This document shows positions 57,161-64,000 of a stretch of DNA of 64,000 nt, piece by piece. Both the position numbers and the translations under genes were made by a program. The stretch is taken from positions 45,056 to 109,055 of the forward strand of contig JACKGG010000001.1 of the NCBI GenBank assembly GCA_020632035.1, written 5' to 3'. This stretch comes from Candidatus Nomurabacteria bacterium (lineage in GTDB: Bacteria > Patescibacteriota > Minisyncoccia > Phycocordibacterales > UBA918). Every line of letters starts with the position of its first letter. Position 1 is the first letter of the stretch. The notes beneath the pieces are model-generated. The model had not been told where the DNA came from. It searched no databases and saw only the letters and a list, made by a program, of their open reading frames with translations.

Positions 57161-60100
57161 CTAATTAGACTCCTTTACAGCCTTCATAATAGCCATTTTC
57201 ACGGCTGAAGCTTCGTCGGTATAAGTACCATCAATGGCTCCAGTTAAAGCAGTAATCATGTTCTTGATTTTATCGTCAGAGATATCTTTAGTTTTAGCAA
57301 CAAGCAGGTCAGAGGCATTTGCGTCAGATCCTTTTCGGATTCTGTAAACTGCGTCTAGGTCTGCAGCAGCATCTGCTAGAGCAAACATTGGTCGGTTACC
57401 AATCATGTTGTAGGCAGCGACAATGTTACCAGTCACGATTGCCTCAGCTAGTGAACCTGTACCAGTTGGTACGGTAGCTGGGACAAAAGACTCATGAGTA
57501 GCTACTTTTGCATTTACTTTACATGTCTCGCAGAGGTTTTGCATACGTGCTTCATTGATCACTATCCAACCATCTTCTAGAGGGTAAGTCTTCTTTGCTT
57601 CAGCTATAACTTCATCCAAAGATTCATTTCTTTCAACAGAACCTTCAGTTGTTGAAATAAAGTATAGGACTGCATCACTAGAAAGTAGTGCCTTTTGAGC
57701 ATGGGCCCGGTTTTCTAAGTCTGTTACAACCACGTCGGTAGCTTGGTGAGGGTTAGCAGCCATGCTTGTCTCAACGTAATCACTGTAGCCAATAACTGGT
57801 GCAGTGGGGAGATTCGCTGGAGCAGCACTCACTGACTCAACTACTCCTGTATTAATAGAAGTAAATAGGTCAGGTCGTGATCCTTCCGCTTTCTTCATAG
57901 CAACCTGAGATGGGCTGTGTAATGTTGGGATATCCATAATTGGTTCATCATCGCTCATTGCTAGTCTCTTTCGTATAACCAGCATGTAGGTTATGTATAG
58001 AGCCCAAGCTACCAACAACATGTAGAAAAGGATGGTCATTACTGGCCCTGCTTCAAATCCAGTGTATGGCACTTGAGACAGAGAGATACCCGCCACTAAT
58101 GGTTGTTGATCTCTTGATTGAAGTACCACCAGGTCATCCAGCTCAACCTCTACTGAACATTCTTTATCTCGAGAACCTTTTTCAGCTATAAGAGTATATT
58201 TTGTATCTCGGGTCGGCTTAACTTTAATTGACCAGTCGAAGAATACTTTCTTCTCAGTTGAGAGAAAATCATCAGTTGTAAGCAGGATCTTTCCCTTATC
58301 ATCTTTAAGTGTGACTTCAGATACGTTTGAGGTATCCCAAGTTAGAGTAACTTCTTCTCCTAATTTAATCTTAGAATCAGAGATCTCAAGATCACACCTT
58401 GGAGAAGAGCTCCCTCCTCCACCTCCACCTCCGGTTGATACATCTACCGATACTGGACAATCGATAGATTTACTACCTTGCGTCGCAGTTAGAACGTAAG
58501 TCGTGTCGCTAGTAGGAGAAACTTTTTCGGTTCCAGACAGAGAAGTCGCGTTTATCTTGCTAATAGAAACTGTGTCTACATCTGTCGTGCTCCACTTAAG
58601 CTCAATCTCTTCCCCCTTACTAATTGAAGTATCAGAGGCAGTGAATGAGACATTGTCTGAACAAGTAAATGGAGACTCAGGATCTTCGACTGTTACTGGC
58701 GCAGTACAACTAACCTTATCTCCATTACTATCTTTAGCAGTAAGTTTGAAGGTTGTTGATTCAGTAACATCGACAACTTTATCTCCAATTAACCCAACAG
58801 TACCAACAGTTGGCTCAATAGTAACTTCGGACGCTTTTTCAATGTTCCACTTTAGGGTAACATCTCCCCCTCCAACACCTAGAGTACTTGGTGAAGCTGT
58901 AAATGATTTACATACTGGTACAGGATCTTCAGATACTGTCACCGGCACCATACAGTCTACTGTTTTATCTACTCCTACAAGAGTCAGTGTATAAACTGTA
59001 TCAACAGTAGGTGATACAACCTTAGTTCCATCAACAGCTACTGGACCGACTCCGTTGTTAATTGATGCACTTATTGCATTGGTTGATTCCCACTTTAGAG
59101 TTGAGCTATCTCCAATCATAATTGTGTTTGGAGTAGCTTCAAACAAATCACAACTTGGTACCAACACTTTTGGCTTAACCTTCACCACTGCATCACAGGT
59201 CACTTTTCCACCCTTACCGACAGCAGTTAATGTATAGCTCTTGTCAGCAAAAAGTGCAGCCGTATAATCACTGCCGTTAATACCAACGTTTCCAAGGTCT
59301 GTAATAACAACTGAATCAGCGTACTTTGTAGTCCAACTTAGAGTTGCCTTTGCTCCATATTCGATAGTCTGAAAAGTTGGAGTAAGAGTACAATCTGGCT
59401 TTTTAGATATGACACACTCATTATCGACCACAGTTTTTACTATTGGACTGTAGACCCAAGTCATGTAGTTATTTAGTTCTACTGCAGTAGCTTTTGCCTG
59501 GTTCTCTATCTCAAAATCTCCACATTTAGTTGGTGAGATAACCTTACCAGTAACAGTGATAACCCCCTTCTCTCCTGGAGTCAGTTCAAAACCATTGAAG
59601 TGTAAGGTTCTATCTGAAGAAGTATAAACAGGTACATTCATATAACCAGCACCCAGATTACTTGTTAGGGTATGTCTTAGATACTTAAGATTTTGATCTA
59701 CCACATCTTCAATTTTTACACCACTACCAGTACAGTCAGCTGTACCAGTGTTTTCTACAGTAATAGTATAAGTTAGTTCCTTACCAACTTTTGAATAGGT
59801 CTTGTCTACTGTCTTATCGACTGTTAGCTCGCAGTTATTTGGAGCACAATCATTATCTACGTTTGTCTTCACTACTGGACTATAAGTCCAAGTCTTAAAA
59901 TTATTAAGTTCTTTAGCAGTAGCTTGAGCTTGGTTTTTTACAACAAAGTCGCCACACTGAGTTGGATTTTGAATTTTACCAATCCAAGTAATAGTTCCCT
60001 GTTCACCTGGGGTTAAAGTATTACCATTAAAGTGTAGAGTTCTATCGGCATAAGTATAGACAGGAGTACCTTGATAACCAGCAGTTAAATTATTTGAAAC

Positions 60101-61474
60101 TGTATGGCTTATGTACTTAAGATTATTGTCTACGATATCATCTATCATTACACCACCGCCAGTACAATCAGCATCACCAATATTTTGAACAGTTATTGTG
60201 TAAGTAAGATTATCGCCTACCACCCCTGATGTCTTATTGACTGTTTTACCAACTGACAGAATACACTTTTTTGGTTCATCTGGTGGAGTGACCTTAATTA
60301 CCGCAGTACATTTTGTAGATTGATGTGGTGATACGACCAATCCTTCATCAACGGTAAGAATATAGGTAGTGTCTTTATATAGTGGCCCCACTTCCATAGA
60401 ACCATTAGCTGGCTTATTGCCAATTCCATTATTGAAGATTACCCCTTCACCTCCTTGTGATGTCCAATTTAGAGTAACCTTACCTCCGTAAGGAATAGTT
60501 TGATTAGCTGGATTTAAAGTACAGTTAACTTCTGGTGCAGGTGGAGTGACCTTAATTACCGCAGTACATTTTGTAGATTGATGTGGTGATACGACCAATC
60601 CTTCATCAACGGTAAGAATATAGGTAGTGTCTTTATATAGTGGCCCCACTTCCATAGAACCATTAGCTGGCTTATTGCCAATTCCATTATTGAAGATTAC
60701 CCCTTCACCTCCTTGTGATGTCCAATTTAGAGTAACCTTACCTCCGTAAGGAATAGTTTGATTAGCTGGATTTAAAGTACAGTTAACTTCTGGTGCAGGT
60801 GGAGTGACCTTAATTACCGCAGTACATTTTGTAGATTGATGTGGTGATACGACCAATCCTTCATCAACGGTAAGAATATAGGTAGTGTCTTTATATAGTG
60901 GCCCCACTTCCATAGAACCATTAGCTGGCTTATTGCCAATTCCATTATTGAAGATTACCCCTTCACCTCCTTGTGATGTCCAATTTAGAGTAACCTTACC
61001 TCCGTAAGCGATAGTTTGAAGAGTTGCAGTTAGGGTACATTTAACGTCTACCGGTGCCTGCTCACAACCAACAGTTACTGTTGAGTTACAAGAAGACGTA
61101 CCGCTATCATTTGTTGCAACTAACTTAAAAGTAGTTTCAACTTGAATGTTATAGTATGTTTTTTCACCCTTACTACCAGAGACAGTTTCTCCATTAATAG
61201 TTATCTTAGAAAATCCGCTTGTTTCCCATTTTATTGTCACTTTCTCACCAGCCTTTACGGACCTGCTGCTTGCAGTCACAGAACAAGAAGTATTTGATGA
61301 GCTACCGCCCCCAATACTAAAAGATGTTCCTGAGCTAGAGCCAGAAGTTTGAGTCACCGCGTTTGCAGTTGCAAAAGGCGCTGCAAAGGCAGACATCACC
61401 ATCGTAAACATAACCATTGCGCTAGCAATAGTTCTTAGATTTTTTTTCATAGTAATTGAAATAATTTTATTCAT
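57161..61474 (-). CDS. Giant surface protein with Ig-like and DUF11-like repeats, one transmembrane segment and a ~340-aa cytoplasmic tail
   Basis: 1437 aa. The signal peptide is MNKIISITMKKNLRTIASAMVMFTMVMSAFAAPFATANA. There are at least eight Ig-like units with the pattern C…TL(K/N/S)W(E/T/N)S…. Two DUF11-like units read TVDKTVDKTYSKVGKELTYTITVENTG…. A Gly-rich linker GGGGGGSSSP follows. Then comes …SQVPYTGFEAGP plus a hydrophobic helix plus RKR, then about 340 more residues. Confidence 0.8.
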   Translation of the reverse strand: MNKIISITMKKNLRTIASAMVMFTMVMSAFAAPFATANAVTQTSGSSSGTSFSIGGGSSSNTSCSVTASSRSVKAGEKVTIKWETSGFSKITINGETVSGSKGEKTYYNIQVETTFKLVATNDSGTSSCNSTVTVGCEQAPVDVKCTLTATLQTIAYGGKVTLNWTSQGGEGVIFNNGIGNKPANGSMEVGPLYKDTTYILTVDEGLVVSPHQSTKCTAVIKVTPPAPEVNCTLNPANQTIPYGGKVTLNWTSQGGEGVIFNNGIGNKPANGSMEVGPLYKDTTYILTVDEGLVVSPHQSTKCTAVIKVTPPAPEVNCTLNPANQTIPYGGKVTLNWTSQGGEGVIFNNGIGNKPANGSMEVGPLYKDTTYILTVDEGLVVSPHQSTKCTAVIKVTPPDEPKKCILSVGKTVNKTSGVVGDNLTYTITVQNIGDADCTGGGVMIDDIVDNNLKYISHTVSNNLTAGYQGTPVYTYADRTLHFNGNTLTPGEQGTITWIGKIQNPTQCGDFVVKNQAQATAKELNNFKTWTYSPVVKTNVDNDCAPNNCELTVDKTVDKTYSKVGKELTYTITVENTGTADCTGSGVKIEDVVDQNLKYLRHTLTSNLGAGYMNVPVYTSSDRTLHFNGFELTPGEKGVITVTGKVISPTKCGDFEIENQAKATAVELNNYMTWVYSPIVKTVVDNECVISKKPDCTLTPTFQTIEYGAKATLSWTTKYADSVVITDLGNVGINGSDYTAALFADKSYTLTAVGKGGKVTCDAVVKVKPKVLVPSCDLFEATPNTIMIGDSSTLKWESTNAISASINNGVGPVAVDGTKVVSPTVDTVYTLTLVGVDKTVDCMVPVTVSEDPVPVCKSFTASPSTLGVGGGDVTLKWNIEKASEVTIEPTVGTVGLIGDKVVDVTESTTFKLTAKDSNGDKVSCTAPVTVEDPESPFTCSDNVSFTASDTSISKGEEIELKWSTTDVDTVSISKINATSLSGTEKVSPTSDTTYVLTATQGSKSIDCPVSVDVSTGGGGGGGSSSPRCDLEISDSKIKLGEEVTLTWDTSNVSEVTLKDDKGKILLTTDDFLSTEKKVFFDWSIKVKPTRDTKYTLIAEKGSRDKECSVEVELDDLVVLQSRDQQPLVAGISLSQVPYTGFEAGPVMTILFYMLLVAWALYITYMLVIRKRLAMSDDEPIMDIPTLHSPSQVAMKKAEGSRPDLFTSINTGVVESVSAAPANLPTAPVIGYSDYVETSMAANPHQATDVVVTDLENRAHAQKALLSSDAVLYFISTTEGSVERNESLDEVIAEAKKTYPLEDGWIVINEARMQNLCETCKVNAKVATHESFVPATVPTGTGSLAEAIVTGNIVAAYNMIGNRPMFALADAAADLDAVYRIRKGSDANASDLLVAKTKDISDDKIKNMITALTGAIDGTYTDEASAVKMAIMKAVKESN
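60283..61056 (-). repeat. Three tandem, near-identical 258-bp in-frame repeats (86-aa Ig-like module) inside the giant protein gene
   Basis: GTGGAGTGACCTTAATTACCGCAGTACATTTTG… recurs at 60283, 60541 and 60799 with a 258-bp period. Copies 2 and 3 look identical over the whole unit. Confidence 0.8.
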
Positions 61475-61602
61475 AAGTTCTATACTCCCACCTACACCAT
61501 ATACGCAAGAGTAACCAAGCCCACGAAGCTTAAATTAATTTAAATTTGGAGAACGGTACAACTCAATGTTGCGAGGAGAACTTATAATTTAGTATTCTAT
61601 AC

Positions 61603-61630
61603 TAAAAAGCGCCTTCTGTCAAGGCTTTAC
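61603..61630 (-). terminator. Terminator hairpin immediately after the sortase stop
   Basis: On the minus strand, GCCTT-gacag-AAGGC followed by GCTTTTT. Confidence 0.45.
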
Positions 61631-62376
61631 AGGCTCTGTATGCTTATTTGTTTGGCTTCTACTATGTACCGATCATCGACACTTCCAAAGCTATTGCAAG
61701 TCGCTAAAGTCAGTCTGTGTCCTTCCCCTGCTATAGGCACTGTTACATCTTGGGCATTGGCTCGATAGACCTTTTCAACCCGGTATTCAAAAACCGAATC
61801 TTCTGAGTAAACCTTGATTATATCTCCCCAGACTAGATCTTGAATACCGTTAAAAGCCTGGAAATTTTTATTAAATACCTTAGGTAAGTAGCTAGAGTGC
61901 CCTAAAATAAAGACGTTCCCTTCTTGAGTCAAAGAAGCTGAATCCGGGTGTCTCACCACTCCATCAAGCAGAGCAGTATCCAGGTCAGCGATAGAACGAG
62001 AGGTTGGGTTGGCCACCGAGATTGTCTTGTCTAACTTCTCGATAGTGATTTTAGTTGGAAATTCTGGTTTCACATAAGTATTAGAATCATAATTATCATT
62101 TTCCTCAGTGATTTCCTCTGTTCCTTCTATTGAGCTGTCTTCTTCTCCAGAAACCAGCGAGTCGTCGACTGCAACTTGTTGCTCACTGTTTGGATCAGAT
62201 GAATCAGCTACAGGCTTTTCTGGTAAGAAATCTATCGCCAACAGGAAAATATATGAAAAAGTAAACACAATAAAAAAGGTGCCTACGAATGCAAATTTTT
62301 TTAACCAAATTGTTTCGAAGATTCTGTCCATGAAATAAAGTTTGGCTATTATAACACTTTCTAGTAAAAAAGTCAA
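61627..62376 (-). CDS. Sortase (transpeptidase) with an N-terminal membrane anchor
   Basis: Catalytic TLATC motif (GEGHRLTLATCNSFG) and a conserved His upstream (ILGHSS). N-terminal transmembrane helix. Confidence 0.8.
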   Translation of the reverse strand: MTFLLESVIIAKLYFMDRIFETIWLKKFAFVGTFFIVFTFSYIFLLAIDFLPEKPVADSSDPNSEQQVAVDDSLVSGEEDSSIEGTEEITEENDNYDSNTYVKPEFPTKITIEKLDKTISVANPTSRSIADLDTALLDGVVRHPDSASLTQEGNVFILGHSSYLPKVFNKNFQAFNGIQDLVWGDIIKVYSEDSVFEYRVEKVYRANAQDVTVPIAGEGHRLTLATCNSFGSVDDRYIVEAKQISIQSL

Positions 62377-62476
62377 TTTTAGCCATTACTTTCTTTTATA
62401 GTCAGCAGATTACGCAAATAATCAACTGTTGTATATTGACAAAAGTTTTATAACGTGGTAGTTTTTTACCATCAAT

Positions 62477-63484
62477 ATGAAAAATGAATCAAACAACAAA
62501 TCAGGCCTAGTCCTAAAATTCCTAGCTGTTTTAGGATTTATCGGAATCATTATTATAATTTCGTGGTTTTCCGTAATGTTGGTAAATGTTATGCCAACTG
62601 CTTTTTCTTCTCTCGCTTCCCTAGCAGAAGGATTGAATCAACAATCATTTACCGGTACAGATGATAAGGAAGTAAAGTCTTTTGTAGTATCAAGCGATAC
62701 AACTCTCATAAACAGTGGTGAATCTATTGATCTATCTTGGGACAATAATAGTGTTCAAGGAAGTTACGTTTTTTCATACACCTGTACTGATGGAGTAAGT
62801 CTAGACATCCAAGATGCAAACAATGGTCTACGTAATGTTGCTTGTGGAGCAAACTACAATATCGGAAACACTAACTCGGTCACAGTCACGGTTGAGTCTG
62901 AGAAAAGCCGGTTTGAAAACATAAACTATACTATTTCATTTTTAGCCACTAATGATACTACCCCCCGTTCTAGCGGCAGCGCCTCATTCACTGTTATCAA
63001 TAGCAGCATCTCTGAATTCGCAGCAGAAGATGGAGGAGAAGATTCTGAAGATAATAATGAGACAGAAGTTGTAACTGATCCTGAGGTGGCTGTGGAAGAG
63101 CCAGAAGTAGAAACACCGGTTACCACCCCTCCTGCTCCAACTTACGAACAAGAATTTATCTATTCTATTCCTGTTTCAGACCCTAATGGAAAAACTGATC
63201 TATCGACTCGCTACCTTTCAAGCGGTAACATTATCGGTAACACATTCTTTGTTGGAGCAATCTATCAAGAAAACTCTGGAGCAATTCAATTTGAAGTGAA
63301 AAACTATGGAACAAAGACTTCTAGCGACTGGACTTACACTATGAGTCTACCTGGTGGTGGTGAATACACTTCGACCAAACAGTCTCCTCTTAAGCCAAAC
63401 GAGCGAGCAGTCATCACTCTAGGCTTCCCAACCAACGATGATTCAAAACATACTTTCGTAGTTTCAATCGACGAATCTACATGA
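62477..63484 (+). CDS. Membrane-anchored secreted protein with an Ig-like domain and an acidic linker
   Basis: N-terminal transmembrane segment or signal anchor. IDLSWDNNSVQGSYVFSYTC resembles the Ig-like units of the neighbouring giant protein. An acidic run (EDGGEDSEDNNETE…) follows. There is no C-terminal sorting signal. Confidence 0.55.
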   Translation: MKNESNNKSGLVLKFLAVLGFIGIIIIISWFSVMLVNVMPTAFSSLASLAEGLNQQSFTGTDDKEVKSFVVSSDTTLINSGESIDLSWDNNSVQGSYVFSYTCTDGVSLDIQDANNGLRNVACGANYNIGNTNSVTVTVESEKSRFENINYTISFLATNDTTPRSSGSASFTVINSSISEFAAEDGGEDSEDNNETEVVTDPEVAVEEPEVETPVTTPPAPTYEQEFIYSIPVSDPNGKTDLSTRYLSSGNIIGNTFFVGAIYQENSGAIQFEVKNYGTKTSSDWTYTMSLPGGGEYTSTKQSPLKPNERAVITLGFPTNDDSKHTFVVSIDEST

Positions 63485-63547
63485 CCGAAATAGTGCAAAC
63501 GATAAGTTTTCACAACTAGTATACTTTGCTAAGTAGTTAGTAATAAA

Positions 63548-63588
63548 TAAAAAGCGGGCGGGCCTTAAGGCCCGCCCGCTTTTTATTT
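63548..63588. terminator. Bidirectional rho-independent terminator
   Basis: AAAAGCGGGCGGGCC-ttaa-GGCCCGCCCGCTTTTT, a 12-bp perfect stem. Confidence 0.7.
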
Positions 63589-63591
63589 AGC

Positions 63592-64000
63592 CTAAATATC
63601 CACGTTAGCCGTCTTGGCGTTACTCTGAATAAATGATTTTCTATTTGGCACATCGGTACCCATTAAGATATCAAAGACTTTATCGGCTTGGATCACGTCG
63701 TCAATCTGAACCTGCTTTAGAATACGATTCTCAATGTTCATGGTAGTTTCACCAAGCTCTTCGGCATTCATTTCTCCCAAACCTTTGTATCGCTGTATTC
63801 TCACCCGACTTGATTTCTTCACTGACTCCACACCTTCATCCTCTTCTTCATTCCCCTCTTCTGTTGCATCTAGGTCGTCCGACACTTCTTCGCCCATGTC
63901 TTTCAATATAGCAAACTTCTCATCATCATCAAAAGCGTAACGAATGTCTTTCCCTTTTTGGATCTTGTACAGTGGCGGCAAGGCAATGTATACGAAACCA
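63592..64000 (-). CDS. gyrB: DNA gyrase / type IIA topoisomerase subunit B, C-terminal part; the gene continues past the window end
   Basis: …QRYKGLGEMNAEELGETTMNIENRILKQVQIDDVIQADKVFDILMGTDVPNRKSFIQSNA matches the conserved GyrB/ParE C-terminus. The reading frame is open to the window edge. Confidence 0.7.
   Translation of the reverse strand, partial: GFVYIALPPLYKIQKGKDIRYAFDDDEKFAILKDMGEEVSDDLDATEEGNEEEDEGVESVKKSSRVRIQRYKGLGEMNAEELGETTMNIENRILKQVQIDDVIQADKVFDILMGTDVPNRKSFIQSNAKTANVDI

Noticed and set aside
60283-61056. Possible CRISPR array or satellite
   Set aside because: The 258-bp units are in-frame coding repeats of an Ig-like module. There are no spacers and no cas genes.
57161-61474. 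Diversity-generating retroelement targeting the giant protein
   Set aside because: No reverse transcriptase gene and no template-repeat/variable-repeat pair with adenine-specific mismatches is present in the window.
63592-63981. 129-aa ORF with a Met start as a complete gene
   Set aside because: The sequence is the conserved C-terminus of GyrB/ParE. The frame stays open to the window edge, so the gene is truncated by the window.
1-64000. tRNA, rRNA and tmRNA genes
   Set aside because: Scanning the intergenic regions found no T-loop-like GGTTCGAATCC-type motif, no cloverleaf-capable 75–90-nt segments, and no rRNA-like sequence.

Overview
This 64 kb window is dense with housekeeping genes: about 60 protein genes, almost no long intergenic gaps, GC around 40%, and many small rho-independent terminators. 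Gene content and architecture point to a reduced-genome bacterium of the Candidate Phyla Radiation / Patescibacteria type; that placement is inference only. Supporting features are lysine-rich histone-like tails on sigma-70 and on a small protein, a short SMC, ThrRS without the TGS domain, pilin-like proteins, sortase with a giant Ig-repeat surface protein, and a class I aldolase. Recognisable genes are listed here. A GH15 glucoamylase-like gene is partial and runs off the 5' edge. A GH57 alpha-glucan hydrolase is split by a frameshift. Also present are a GT4 glycogen-synthase-like transferase, a class I fructose-bisphosphate aldolase, an ABC-2 exporter pair, prmC, hisS, a DEDD exonuclease, uppP and a DsbA-like oxidoreductase. 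A UvrD-type helicase is fused to a Cas4/AddB-like Fe-S nuclease. A CBS protein, a DedA protein, the dnaG-rpoD pair, mgtC, rpoB-rpoC, a YceI-like protein and a secreted metzincin-like protease are present. trmD, a NUDIX hydrolase, a TrpR-like YerC/YecD regulator, a KH protein, rpsP, rnr, a lytic-transglycosylase-domain protein, smc, two type IV pilin-like proteins and rnc are also here. A NusB gene is fused to a degenerate NUDIX domain. rpmF, rnhB, dnaE, a DUF4105-like protein and thrS follow. The window ends with a 1437-aa multi-domain surface protein next to a sortase, and a partial gyrB at the 3' edge. No tRNA, rRNA, CRISPR array, transposase or integrase was seen. The non-coding signals worth attention are set out below. 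The first is a minimal T-box-like leader upstream of thrS, carrying a Thr ACC specifier hairpin, an antiterminator with a UGGA bulge, and an alternative terminator. It is followed by a further ~300 nt of nested inverted repeats. The second is a perfect 38-bp palindrome, with two related copies, flanking the TrpR-like gene. The third is an inverted-repeat element inside the ABC operon. The fourth is three genes with a -10 box only 6–9 nt from the ATG, which may be leaderless. I could not identify a clear-cut novel multi-gene system such as a defence island. The most system-like candidates are the thrS riboswitch-like leader, the sortase/giant-protein pair with an internal VPYTG-TM-RKR signal, and the YerC palindromes.
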